A stretch of DNA of 64,000 bases, taken from the NCBI GenBank assembly GCA_965248205.1, contig CBDFIS010000006.1, forward strand, positions 6,476,276 to 6,540,275, read 5' to 3'. Source of the DNA: Bryobacterales bacterium (GTDB lineage Bacteria > Acidobacteriota > Terriglobia > Bryobacterales > UBA6623). Positions 20,045-31,521 of this stretch are shown one piece after another. The notes beneath the pieces are model-generated. The model was given only the letters and a program-made list of their open reading frames with translations, did no database searches and had not been told where the DNA came from. Each line of letters starts with the position of its first letter. Positions within the stretch are counted from its first letter, which is position 1. The position numbers and the translations under genes were made by a program.

Positions 20045-21711
20045 CTGGAATTTCCGTTTTGGCCATCCCGCGATGGTCAGGATACTCCGATCCGCGGCTC
20101 GGGTGCAAGGTCTTCGTCTTCCTCTCACGATCGATGCTCCGTTCGCTCCCGTTTGGGTCGCTGAATGCCGCTCGATCGCCGCGTTCCAGCTCGCTGGAGG
20201 GCTTTTCGCCGACACGGCTCCGAGTAGTTCCCTCTTCAGCAACCCAGCGTCTCTTCTCCGTCGCAGCCGTCGCCCGTTACCCGCCTGGCACAGGCAGCGC
20301 CCAGATCCGCCCCAGCATCTCAGCGAACAGCTTGCGGTTGAGATGCCCCTCGGCCAACAGCAGCCAGTAATAGCGGGCATGCTTGACCAGCCGCCCTCCG
20401 GTTTTCATCAACCGATGCTGCAAGCTCGTCAGCGACCAGTTCTTGATCCTCTGCGCCAGCCCCAGCCGCCGCCACAGGTTCCCCAGGTTGTAGGCCAACA
20501 CGCTCAACTGCAAACGCACCTCGTTTGCCCGGAAACGATGACAGGACAGCCGTGTCCAGTGGGTTGCCTGCTTGCCTTCCTTGATCCATTGCTCGGCCGT
20601 GCCGCGCTTGTTGTAGAAGCGCACCAGCGACCGACTGGGCAAGCTCATGCTCGTGACGATGAACCCGACGCGAGGAAACAACTCGCCTTGGTGGTGCTCA
20701 ACCTTGGCCACAACCCGCCGAGGCTTCGACCAACTCGCGGCCTGATAGCGGAAGCTCTTGTAGCGCACTAGTGGCTTCAGGCTCGGCCTGCCCGGCGGAC
20801 GGAACAGAATCTCTTCGATCTCCAACTCCAGGTTCTTGTTTGCTGGGATGCGAATGACGTAGTCCACTCCGCGATCCTCCAACGCCTCGTAGATCTCCGG
20901 CTTGGCGAAGGCGGCGTCGGCGCGGAACGTCACTTGCTTGCCTTCTCCCTGTTGGCGCTCGATCTCGGGCAGCAGCAGTTCGTCCCAGTCCTCGGCGCTG
21001 GACACGTTACCCGCTCGCAGCTTCGCCGCCAGACAATCACCGTGCTGGTTGAACAGCAACAGCGGGTGGTAGCAGGTGGACTCGAAATGGCCGTTGTAAG
21101 CGCTGCCTTCCTGCTGACCGTGGACCGGGCTTTCCGTGGAGTCCATATCGAGCACGACACGCTCGGACTCGTCCTGCGCTTGGGCTTGAGCGACCAACTC
21201 GCGGTTCACCGCCATCAGCCCAAGCAGGTTCTCTTCACTGGCCAGCAGCTCTGCCTCAAAGCTTTGTAGACGCGACGTAAGCGCCCCGCCGCGATCCCAG
21301 TTCTTCTTCGAGCCGATCAGACGAAAAGTCGGGTCAGCCGAGACACGGGCAGCATCGTTGAGATCCTCGTAGCCGGCGAGGCGGCTGTAGACCGATTGCC
21401 GCACCAGGTCGGCCAGTGGGAACTTCTTGTTTGTGCCTTGCCGCGAATCCGTCAGATGCTCGTCGATCAGCTTGCCCAGTCCGAGCCGCTCGTCCAGTTC
21501 CCGAATGAGAATCAGGCCACCATCCGAGGTGACGCGCGATCCTTGGAAATCGACTTTCAGAAATCCGTTGAAGGTGAGCTGAAACGGCTTGTTTTCTTTT
21601 TCACCCATTGGGTGTTGGCCTCCGTGCGTCCTGACAGGGCTTGAACCCCTATAAATAAAGACGCTGAAGGCCGCTGCAAGGTCGGGATGCCGAAATCAAA
21701 TTGGAAATGCG
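20044..21711 (-). mobile_element. IS1380-family element, copy A (transposase 20277-21608), one end 2 bp short, no TSD
   Basis: Transposase identical to copies B and C; ends ACTGGAATTTCC... and ...TTGGAAATGCG (intact copies end ...GCGGG). Confidence 0.93.
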
Positions 21712-22007
21712 CCCTTACAGTTAATGAACCCGCCTTCCCGATCTCGATGTCCGCTATAGACTTCCCTAAATTGTCGAGCGCGGTAACGAAGCGAGGCCGC
21801 TCAAAGTGAGTTACTACAGCGTATTCAGAGTATAGCAATCGAACTGGATGTCTATTACAGGCAACATCTGCAACACCTGAGACCGAACCGGAACCCGCTG
21901 GTCAGGGTGCCCATCCAATCAATTAGACACGGTTGACTACAAAGTCTAATACCCATCAGACAGATTGTTCTTCCGTTTCGAGATTTAGTCACAAGGAGAA
22001 TCTACAA

Positions 22008-22421
22008 ATGAGAGCATCAAGAGCTATTCCAATCTTGGGTCTACTGCTGGCACTGGGTGCGATACAGATGCATGCAGAAAGCCTTGGCGAGTTCGCAATT
22101 CCTTTCGATTTCACTGTTGGAAACAAGACACTGCCGGCCGGTGATTACTCCGTCCGAAACGTCAACTCCGGCTCCTTTGCCATCAGGATTCAAAATCGAG
22201 AGACTTATGCCTCCGCGATAGCCATAACCAATGCGGTTCAGAACTATTCGAATCGAGGCTACGCAAAGCTAGTCTTCCATCGCTATGGGAACAGACACTT
22301 TCTTTCGCAGGTTTGGTCCGGCTATCGGGTAGGGCGCCAATTGCCCAAGCGGTACCAAGAGCTTTCGCTTGTGACGAGCAGCTCACATCGGCAGGTCGAG
22401 ATCTTGGCCAGTAACTTCTAG
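22008..22421 (+). CDS. Small secreted beta-rich protein of a type common in Acidobacteria
   Basis: AAGGAG RBS before ATG 22008; signal peptide; IPFDFTVGNKTLPAGDYSV...LVFHRYGNRHFLSQVW. Confidence 0.75.
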   Translation: MRASRAIPILGLLLALGAIQMHAESLGEFAIPFDFTVGNKTLPAGDYSVRNVNSGSFAIRIQNRETYASAIAITNAVQNYSNRGYAKLVFHRYGNRHFLSQVWSGYRVGRQLPKRYQELSLVTSSSHRQVEILASNF

Positions 22422-23605
22422 GGTTCTCGACGAACCTTCGAGCCGGTCAAGCAGCGCGGGTTGGTCCTCGCCGGTCTGCCGGCGGGGCCACGCGCTACGG
22501 GGAAATAGCCCCAATATTCAGCCGAGGCGTTATGGCAAGGCACTCTAAGCAAAGCGGTGACAGGAACTGTTGGTTGGCAATAGGGGCATTATGTTTGGCT
22601 TTTTGGTCCGGAAGCGGCGGTCAGGAGATCCGTGGCGAGCAAGGGCTACCGCTAGCAAGTTCCGCTCAAACAGTGGGCGAGGATGAGGGTGCCAAAAAGA
22701 CTGAGGTAGCTCTTCCTCAAACGAAGGAGGGAACCTTGGCTCGCCCCCAAAGCGTCTTCGGTCAGGCTGTAGCCTACCATCGGCAGGGCAAGTATGAGCG
22801 GGCAGAGCCACTCTACTGGCAGACGTTGGAGGCGACAGAAGAGGCGGTGGGACCCGATCACGACGCAGTAGCCGCCATCCTAAACCAAATGGCCAACCTC
22901 TACGACGCCCTGGGCGATTACGCGAGAGCAGAAGAGCTCGGCCGACGGTCGGTCGCTATCTGGACGAAAACTCTGGGGCCAGGGCATTTCAGGGTGGCCA
23001 TAGGCTTGAGCACCTTGGCGTTGGTCCATTACCACCAGGGCAGATACCACAATGCTGAACCCCTCTACGAACGGTCACTTGACATTAAGGAGAAGTCGCT
23101 GGGGCCAGAGCATCCAGAAGTAGCCGGGGCCCTCAGCGATTTGGCAGCCGTCTACCAGGCTCGATTCCGGTACCTAAAAGCAGAGCCTCTCTATCAGCGG
23201 TCGCTGACGATCATAGAGAAGGCCTTGGGACCAGACCGTCCAGAAGTGGCTACGACACTCAATAATCTGGGAAGACTTTATCAATCGCTAGGCTATTACG
23301 AAAAGGCAGAGTCACTTTACGAGAAGGCGCTTTCGATTAGGACAAGGGCTGTGGGGCCTCACCATCGAAAGCTGACGGGAACGCTCGACAATCTCGCGAG
23401 CCTGTATCGCACCCTCGGTTATCACACCAAGGCAGAGCGGCTTTACCAACGCTCGCTAGCAATCTGGGAGAGGGCCGTAGGTCCTGAACATCGCCTGGTT
23501 ACCGGAAGCCTAAAGAACCTGATCGTTCTATATCTCGACAAGCGCAAACATGCCAAGGTGGAACCACTTCTGAGGCGCCTCCTGAGAATCCAAGAGAGGG
23601 CTCTA

Positions 23606-24760
23606 GTCTCCTGTCCGGGCTAACTCTTTACAATAGCTTCTTTGCAGCGGCGCACCTTGTCGAGAATGACATCCGCAGTGGCTTTCCAAACAAACGGTTG
23701 GGGGTCGTGGTTCCAGATGGCCAGCCACTGATAGATCGCTCGCTCCAGTTCTGCCACACAATGGAAGGTTCCTCGGCGGATCATGCGGTCGGTGAGGAGC
23801 CCGAAGAGACGTTCGACTTGGTTGAGCCAGGAACTGCTGGTGGGCGTGAAGTGAAAGTGGAAGCGGCGCCGCTTTTTGGGTTGCAACCAGCGCTGGACGG
23901 CCGCGCTTTTATGGCTGGAGTAGTTGTCCATGATGAGGTGAACTTCTTGATCCAGCGGCACCTCTCTTTCCACTTGGTTGAGAAACCTGACGAACTCCTT
24001 GGCGCGATGCCGAGGCAGACAACTGCTAATCACTTTCCCGTTCAGGATGTTGAAAGCAGCGAACAAGGTGGTGGTTCCGTGGCGCTTATAATCGTGCGTT
24101 TGTCGCTGTGGCAAGCCGGGCCGTAACGGCAGAATCGGAGCCGTTCGGTCCAGGGCTTGGATTTGGCTCTTCTCATCCACGCACAGCACCAAAGCCCGGT
24201 CGGGCGGATGCAGATACAAGCCCACGATGTCCCGCACCTTCTCTTCGAACTGCGGGTCCTGGGAGAGTTTGAATTTCTCTACCCGATGGGGCTGCACCTC
24301 GTAACGTTGCCAAACCCCATGCACGAGCGTGCGGCTCACACCGAGATGCCGGGCCAGGGTGCGCACACTCCAGTGGGTCGCATCCGGCGGCCTGGTCTTC
24401 AAGGTCGTATCGAGAATCTTCTGCTCCAACTCGGGCGTCAACACACGTCGCGAGCGCTGGCGTTTTTGCCGCCGCCGGATCGCCTCCACCCCGCCCCGCG
24501 CGAAGGCGGCTCGCGTCGCGATCACGGTCGGACGCGACAAGCCGATCTGCTGCGCAATGGCGTGGTTGGGCACTCCCTCGCCAGCCAGCAAGATCAGCTG
24601 GCATTTCCGCGCCAACATCTGCGGCGTGCTTCCGGCACGGGCCATCGATTCCAGTACCTGTTTCTGCGCCGGATTGATGGCAAGCGGAGTCGCTGGGGTG
24701 AACATGCCCCATTACATCATGATCCCGCTATATTGTCAATAGTTATAACGGACAGGACAC
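23606..24760 (-). mobile_element. IS630-family element type a, copy 1 (1155 bp; transposase 23620-24705)
   Basis: IRs GTCTCCTGTCCG / CGGACAGGACAC; TA duplicated within a CTAG target; DDE motifs CVDEKS, IMDNYSSH, WLNQVE. Confidence 0.95.
24711..24739 (-). promoter_or_regulatory. Sigma70 promoter of the IS630 transposase (same site at 41718-41746)
   Basis: TTGACA-17 bp-TGTAAT, then 5 nt to the ATG at 24705. Confidence 0.7.
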
Positions 24761-25118
24761 TAGGCCCAACCGATCCTCAGGTAGCCAACACTCTACAAGC
24801 CCTGGCCTCACTCTATTGTACTCAGCGTAAATACGACTGGGCGGAAGCGGCCAGCAAATCGTCTCTTGCAATAAACACAGAGGCGCTGGGACCGCAGCAT
24901 CTAGATCTCGCAACCCACCTCGAAAACCGTGCTTTTCTCCTTCGGAAAATGAAAAGAACGGAGGAAGCAGTCGAACTGGAGCTTCGTGCCAAGACGATGC
25001 GGTCTGACTTACTCGGCGAACCCATCGCGAGGTGAATGGGCAGCGGTGTTTCCCCCTTCCGGAATAGCTGCTCTTGAAATCAGTGGTAAGGGTATGGTTC
25101 CCGAAACTCAATCCGCCT

Positions 25119-26213
25119 ACTGAACCCCGCATAATATTCTGACACCTTTTGGTTCCTTGGAGCATCTATAGATGTATGGGCAACCCGAAAGGTGTGAAGC
25201 GGGATTTCAAGGCGCTGGAGAAGCGCCGTTTCGAAGCGATGCGGCTGCTTGACCAAGGCCACAATCAGTCCGAGACGGCGAGACGGCTGAAAGTCGCTCG
25301 GCAAACCGTCAGTGAGTGGCGGCGGCCATACCTCGAGCATGGTCCGGCCGGGCTGCGTCGAGCCGGGCGCGCCGGACGCAAGCCGCTGCTAGACGCCGCA
25401 CAACGCGAACGCCTGACGTCGCTGTTGTTGGAAGGCCCCGAAGCCCACGGTTTCCGAACGCCCCTGTGGACCTGCCCGCGGGTAGCTCGTCTGGTCGCCG
25501 ATGAGTTCGGCGTCAACTACCACGAAGGCCACGTCTGGAAGATCCTGCAAGCCCTCAACTGGAGCCCGCAACGTCCCGTCGGAAAGGCGCGCGAGCGCAA
25601 CGAAGAGGCGATCCGCACCTGGAAGCGCAAGACCTGGCGGCGTATTAAAAAAAGCCCAAACCGAAGGCCGCACGCTCATCTTCATCGACGAAAGTGGATT
25701 GAGCGAGAAGCCGCACCGTTGCCGTACCTGGGCACCGCGGGGTCAGACGCCCGTGCTGCAGTTTAACTTCAACTGGGAGAAGCTTTCGGTGTCGGCGGGG
25801 CTGACGCTGCGCAACTTCTACTTCCGGCTCTATCCCGGCGCCATCGGCGAACAGGAGGTGATCCACTTTCTCAAAGCGCTGCTGCGCCACATCGACCGGC
25901 CGCTGCTGATCCTCTGGGATCGACTGCCGGCGCATCGCAGCCGCCTGGTGCGGGAGTTCATCGAGCTCTCCGAGGGCCACATCGAAACCGAGTACCTCCC
26001 GCCCTATGCGCCGGAGCTGAACCCGGTGGAGTACATCTGCGCTTACTGGAAGCAGCACGAGTTGCCGAACGTCTGCCCGAAAGACTACGGGGAGCTGAGC
26101 GAGCGGGCCCGCAAAGCACTGCGCCGCATGCGCCGCAAACCGCGCTTGATTACTGCCTTCTGGAAGCAGTCTTCTCTTTGCTTCGATTGACGGGGTATTA
26201 GGCGGGACTTAGT
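25119..26213 (+). mobile_element. IS630-family element type b; transposase 25176-26190 split at an A7 tract
   Basis: HTH/winged-helix ORF plus DDE ORF (FIDESG, LWDRLPAH, PELNPVE); imperfect 18-bp IRs ACTGAACCCCGCATAATA / TATTAGGCGGGACTTAGT; ends approximate. Confidence 0.85.
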
Positions 26214-26315
26214 CCTGCTCGCGGTCGCGCAGCTCGGCCAACGGCGGTGAAACGGCCGTGAGTGAAACGACGGCGAGCATCATATCAGACCGTCTCACCG
26301 GCGGCGTCCTGTCGC

Positions 26316-27413
26316 TCATCCGTCAGACGCCAGACGGTTCGCTACCGCCGCAGAGCTTTGAAATTCCTCCCTGAGGCAATCGATCGCAAAGTCGATCTGC
26401 TCATCACTTATATCGTCATGCGTGACGAATCGCAGTTGGTCGTCCTCGAGAAGATGAACCAGGACTCCCCGCTTCCGCAGACGTTCGCACAGATCGCGTC
26501 CGCTCAAGTTATCTGACAGCCCGGCGATGACGATATTGGTCACGACGCGCTCCGGATTGACCGCGACGCCGGAGAGCTTCGAAAGAGCCTCGGCCAGCCT
26601 CCTCGCCTTCCGGTGGTCGTCTTTCAAACGCGATTGAAAGTCTTCCAGCCCGTGGAGGCAGGCGGCGGCCAGAAAGCCTGGTTGATGGATCGCTCCCCCA
26701 AGCAGCTTTCGCACACTGCGGGCGCGCTCGATCCACGCAACAGGGCCGGCAACGGCAGCGCCTGCCGGGGCGCCCAACCCCTTCGCGAAGTCGATCATCA
26801 CCGAGTCAAACCCCGCGGACAGCTTGGTCAAGGAAAGCCCGCCGGCCGCCGACGCGTTCCCCAGCCGAGCACCGTCCAGGTGAGTCTTCAATCCGAGTTC
26901 GCGGGCCCGGGTGCAGAGATCGTCCACTCGCTGGTTGTCGAGCACCGTACCTCCGCAGAGGTTGTGAGTGTTTTCCAAGCAGATCAGGCTTGTCTGCGAT
27001 CGGCTGTAAACCCGCGGCCGTATTCGCGCTTTGATGTCGCCCCAGCACAGCATGCCGTCCTGATCGCCGGGTATCGGCCGCGCCAACAGCCCGCAGACGG
27101 CAGATAGCCCGGCCATCTCGGCGTTGTAGATGTGGCTTTGTTCTTCGAGGATCACCTCTTCCCCCGGCTGGGTGTGAACCTTCAACGCGACCAGATTGCC
27201 CATCGTTCCCGTCGGAACAAACAGTGCAGCCTCTTTGCCGAGCAAATTCGCAGTTTGTTCCTCCAGCAGATTGACGGTGGGATCTTCGTGCAGCCCATCT
27301 TCGCCGATGTTTGCGTCAGCCATCGCTTGCCGCATCTCCGGCGAGGCTTGGGTCACCGTATCGCTGCGCAGGTCCACGGGCTTATGCTTCCGGGGACTGC
27401 TTTTCCTACTCAC
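26316..27413 (-). CDS. ltaE: Low-specificity L-threonine aldolase family (PLP)
   Basis: DLRSDTVT, EDPTVN, LENTHN, HLDGARL, AKGLGAPAG (PLP Lys). Confidence 0.88.
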   Translation of the reverse strand: MSRKSSPRKHKPVDLRSDTVTQASPEMRQAMADANIGEDGLHEDPTVNLLEEQTANLLGKEAALFVPTGTMGNLVALKVHTQPGEEVILEEQSHIYNAEMAGLSAVCGLLARPIPGDQDGMLCWGDIKARIRPRVYSRSQTSLICLENTHNLCGGTVLDNQRVDDLCTRARELGLKTHLDGARLGNASAAGGLSLTKLSAGFDSVMIDFAKGLGAPAGAAVAGPVAWIERARSVRKLLGGAIHQPGFLAAACLHGLEDFQSRLKDDHRKARRLAEALSKLSGVAVNPERVVTNIVIAGLSDNLSGRDLCERLRKRGVLVHLLEDDQLRFVTHDDISDEQIDFAIDCLREEFQSSAAVANRLASDG

Positions 27414-27504
27414 ATTCCCTCCGTCTGCAGCGCTTAGAGTCAGAGAGCTAGGGGTCTTGGCCTCGCCTCAACATCTATGCCCGCACATGTTCTCAACATT
27501 CTAG

Positions 27505-29174
27505 CCCGCATTTCCAATTTGATTTCGGCATCCCGACCTTGCAGCGGCCTTCAGCGTCTTTATTTATAGGGGTTCAAGCCCTGTCAGGACGCACGGAGGC
27601 CAACACCCAATGGGTGAAAAAGAAAACAAGCCGTTTCAGCTCACCTTCAACGGATTTCTGAAAGTCGATTTCCAAGGATCGCGCGTCACCTCGGATGGTG
27701 GCCTGATTCTCATTCGGGAACTGGACGAGCGGCTCGGACTGGGCAAGCTGATCGACGAGCATCTGACGGATTCGCGGCAAGGCACAAACAAGAAGTTCCC
27801 ACTGGCCGACCTGGTGCGGCAATCGGTCTACAGCCGCCTCGCCGGCTACGAGGATCTCAACGATGCTGCCCGTGTCTCGGCTGACCCGACTTTTCGTCTG
27901 ATCGGCTCGAAGAAGAACTGGGATCGCGGCGGGGCGCTTACGTCGCGTCTACAAAGCTTTGAGGCAGAGCTGCTGGCCAGTGAAGAGAACCTGCTTGGGC
28001 TGATGGCGGTGAACCGCGAGTTGGTCGCTCAAGCCCAAGCGCAGGACGAGTCCGAGCGTGTCGTGCTCGATATGGACTCCACGGAAAGCCCGGTCCACGG
28101 TCAGCAGGAAGGCAGCGCTTACAACGGCCATTTCGAGTCCACCTGCTACCACCCGCTGTTGCTGTTCAACCAGCACGGTGATTGTCTGGCGGCGAAGCTG
28201 CGAGCGGGTAACGTGTCCAGCGCCGAGGACTGGGACGAACTGCTGCTGCCCGAGATCGAGCGCCAACAGGGAGAAGGCAAGCAAGTGACGTTCCGCGCCG
28301 ACGCCGCCTTCGCCAAGCCGGAGATCTACGAGGCGTTGGAGGATCGCGGAGTGGACTACGTCATTCGCATCCCAGCAAACAAGAACCTGGAGTTGGAGAT
28401 CGAAGAGATTCTGTTCCGTCCGCCGGGCAGGCCGAGCCTGAAGCCACTAGTGCGCTACAAGAGCTTCCGCTATCAGGCCGCGAGTTGGTCGAAGCCTCGG
28501 CGGGTTGTGGCCAAGGTTGAGCACCACCAAGGCGAGTTGTTTCCTCGCGTCGGGTTCATCGTCACGAGCATGAGCTTGCCCAGTCGGTCGCTGGTGCGCT
28601 TCTACAACAAGCGCGGCACGGCCGAGCAATGGATCAAGGAAGGCAAGCAGGCAACCCACTGGACACGGCTGTCCTGTCATCGTTTCCGGGCAAACGAGGT
28701 GCGTTTGCAGTTGAGCGTGTTGGCCTACAACCTGGGGAACCTGTGGCGGCGGCTGGGGCTGGCGCAGAGGATCAAGAACTGGTCGCTGACGAGCTTGCAG
28801 CATCGGTTGATGAAAACCGGAGGGCGGCTGGTCAAGCATGCCCGCTATTACTGGCTGCTGTTGGCCGAGGGGCATCTCAACCGCAAGCTGTTCGCTGAGA
28901 TGCTGGGGCGGATCTGGGCGCTGCCTGTGCCAGGCGGGTAACGGGCGACGGCTGCGACGGAGAAGAGACGCTGGGTTGCTGAAGAGGGAACTACTCGGAG
29001 CCGTGTCGGCGAAAAGCCCTCCAGCGAGCTGGAACGCGGCGATCGAGCGGCATTCAGCGACCCAAACGGGAGCGAACGGAGCATCGATCGTGAGAGGAAG
29101 ACGAAGACCTTGCACCCGAGCCGCGGATCGGAGTATCCTGACCATCGCGGGATGGCCAAAACGGAAATTCCAGT
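27505..29174 (+). mobile_element. IS1380-family element, copy B (1670 bp; transposase 27610-28941)
   Basis: Ends CCCGCATTTCC... / ...GGAAATTCCAGT; 4-bp TSD CTAG at 27501-27504 and 29175-29178; SDGGL, LDMDST, RADAAF, YNKRGTAEQWIKE. Confidence 0.95.
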
Positions 29175-29180
29175 CTAGAG

Positions 29181-29283
29181 GGCTTTGTCAAGTTAACGGC
29201 AGTTGGCGACAATCGACCGATGCGATCACTGTATCGACGCCACAGGTTTCCACCCGAAATTATCAGCCATGCCGTTTGGCTGA
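29181..29283 (+). pseudogene. IS6-family remnant (left IR plus first ~21 codons)
   Basis: GGCTTTGTCAAGTT IR-like end, then MRSLYRRHRFPPEIISHAVWL, typical of IS6 transposase N-termini. Confidence 0.75.
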
Positions 29284-30996
29284 TAGCTTGGCAGTCTCTT
29301 TGGTGTCTATCTGCCGGGTTTCGGGGTCGATGGCCACCCGGTAAACCTCTCGTGCTCGCTCCAGGCTCACTTTGCCCTCGCGCACGTCTGTTAGCACTGC
29401 CTGTGGGTTACGTTCTTCGGGCGGCCCATAGCCGCCTCCACCACAGGTGCGATAGCTCACTACATCGCCTGGTTTCAGTTCGATGGTGACTTTTGATCCC
29501 AACTCGGTGGCTTCACCATCAGGATTCAAAACATAGCTGGCCTTACGAGCTGCCAGCCCACCAAAGAGCCCCCACGGCCCCCAGCGATCTCGATCCGCCA
29601 AGACAGTAAAGGACACCTCGTGATCGGGAAAGAGATAATCGCGGCGTAAGCCCAGTCCGCCGCGATATTGGCCCCCGCCTTCCGAATCTTCCACGAGTTC
29701 GTAGCGGCTGATGCGAAAAGGGTAGTTGATTTCGATCTCCTCGATGGGCGCATTCTCGGTATTCTGGCCATGGGCCTGGACAGCGTCGGGGCCGTCGCGC
29801 GTCGCCCGGCCTCCGTACCCACCGGCAAGAGCCTCGTAGTAGGCGTACAGTTCGCCCGTGCGGGGATCGGTGCCGCCGAAGCCCACCTGGCACATCATCG
29901 CCTTGGTGCCTGCGGGAACACGGTCGGGCAGTGCCGCGGCCAGGGCCTTGAGAATCACGTCCGTCAGCCGGGTCTGAGTTTCCCAGCCTCCTACCACAGG
30001 CGCCGGGGCCGTGGCGTTAACTACCGTTCCTTCAGGGGCGATCAGACGCACCAAGCAATCGAAACCGGCGTTGACCGGCACATCCGGGTCGATCAGGCAC
30101 TTGAGCACATAAGCACAAGCAGAATAGGTCATAGCGTAGGTGGAGTTCACCGGCGCCCTCCGCTGAGGATCAGAGCCGCTGAAATCGAACAGAACACCAT
30201 CGTCGTCAATCACAACCTTGGCCACCAGATGGACCGGTTCATCGGTGAAGCCATCATTGTCCACATAGCCGTCAGCGGTGAAGACACCCTTGGGCAGATT
30301 GGCCAACTCCGCTCGGGCGCGGCGCTCCGTGTAAGTGATCAATTCATCCATGTAGAAGGTTACTTCTTTACTCCCTCGTTGACTTAATAGTGTGCTCAGC
30401 CGGCGCACGCCGGTATTGTTGGCCGCCAACTGAGCCCGAAAGTCGCCCGCCGTCTCGCGTTGGGAACGGATCTGTGCCAGAACCAGTCGAAAGATGTCGG
30501 GCACGATTTCGCCACCCTGCACCAGCTTTACCGGAGGAATGATGATGCCCTCTTGGTAGACCTCGCGGAAGGCGCCGATGCTAGCCGGTGCTCCTCCGCC
30601 TACGTCTACGTGGTGAACCAGGCTGGCCACATAGCCGAAGAGTTCATCCTGGTAATACACCGGTGAGATGAGAGTGATGTCATTGAGGTGAACCCCACCC
30701 AAATAGGGATCGTTGGCAAGGATGGCGTCACCCTGAGCCAGCTTCTCGCGTCCATATTCATTGATCACGCGGGGCACTAACACTGCTAGGGAGCCGAGAT
30801 GAACCGGCTGCCCAAAAGCCTGGGAGATGGCTCGTAGATGGCGGTCGAAGAAGGCGCAAGAGAAGTCCGCCCTGGTCTTGATGTTGGTCGAGTAGGCGCT
30901 GCGACGCAGGGCAATCGCCATTTCCTCCGTTACTTCGATGAGCGCGTTGCGGATAACCTCAAATCGGATGGGGTCACGTTGGGTGAGACCGTTCAT
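29263..30996 (-). CDS. Hydantoinase B / oxoprolinase-family subunit
   Basis: AYSTNIK...DFSCAFFD, HLGS, NDPYLGGVHLND, HHVDVGG, EALAGGYGG, GGGGYGPP. Confidence 0.92.
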   Translation of the reverse strand: MNGLTQRDPIRFEVIRNALIEVTEEMAIALRRSAYSTNIKTRADFSCAFFDRHLRAISQAFGQPVHLGSLAVLVPRVINEYGREKLAQGDAILANDPYLGGVHLNDITLISPVYYQDELFGYVASLVHHVDVGGGAPASIGAFREVYQEGIIIPPVKLVQGGEIVPDIFRLVLAQIRSQRETAGDFRAQLAANNTGVRRLSTLLSQRGSKEVTFYMDELITYTERRARAELANLPKGVFTADGYVDNDGFTDEPVHLVAKVVIDDDGVLFDFSGSDPQRRAPVNSTYAMTYSACAYVLKCLIDPDVPVNAGFDCLVRLIAPEGTVVNATAPAPVVGGWETQTRLTDVILKALAAALPDRVPAGTKAMMCQVGFGGTDPRTGELYAYYEALAGGYGGRATRDGPDAVQAHGQNTENAPIEEIEINYPFRISRYELVEDSEGGGQYRGGLGLRRDYLFPDHEVSFTVLADRDRWGPWGLFGGLAARKASYVLNPDGEATELGSKVTIELKPGDVVSYRTCGGGGYGPPEERNPQAVLTDVREGKVSLERAREVYRVAIDPETRQIDTKETAKLSAKRHG

Positions 30997-31521
30997 CGGG
31001 ACAATCTCCTCCTAAGTCAGTGGCCGAATGCCGGCCACTTGAGACTGTTGCATATATGAATGAGAAATTGAAAGGAGGCTGTCCGTTAATCCGTAGAAAG
31101 CAGCGACTCTCCGACCGAGGCTGGAGTAGCCTCGGAGTGAAGTTTGTGATTTCGAGAAAGGAGAGTCGCTGTGAGAAGAAGATAACAAATGGACCGCGAG
31201 AAAGCGGTCCGCCGTTTTCGAGAAAAGGCCGAGCAAGAGATTCATGGCCCCACGCTCGTCAAGCCAGTGGACGAGAGGGGGACCTTTTCATTCCCCAGGG
31301 GGCGAAATCAGGCTACTATAAGTGGCTTTGTTGGAGCATGTTACGAACCAAGAACGCTGATTGCTGGTGGGAAGGGCGATATGATCGGCATAGGGGCGGC
31401 GATCGCCCGCCGACCCCTGCCACACCACCGCCTTTGGCGCCGTCCTCCTCACCCTTCGACCACTCTCTCGGCACCAAAAACGCGGCGAGATACGGCTGCA
31501 CTGTGTCTTAACTGACTTCAG

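Larger units (their letters stand above)
22532..25035 (+). pseudogene. Kinesin-light-chain-like TPR repeat protein interrupted by IS630
   Basis: Repeated GP(D/E)HP.VA..L.NLA.LY...G.Y..AE.LY..SL.I.EK units; excision rejoins ERAL|GPTDPQVANTL in frame (448 aa). Confidence 0.9.

Noticed and set aside
21712-21838. Minus-strand ORF fragment abutting IS1380 copy A
   Set aside because: Possibly a truncated gene, but about 45 codons with no recognisable family.
25648-25654. A_AAA_AAG -1 ribosomal frameshift site
   Set aside because: Out of phase with ORF1; the two ORFs are related by +1.
31020-31515. ORFs upstream of hydantoinase B as the missing A subunit
   Set aside because: Neither strand shows hydantoinase A motifs; the ORFs are short and featureless.
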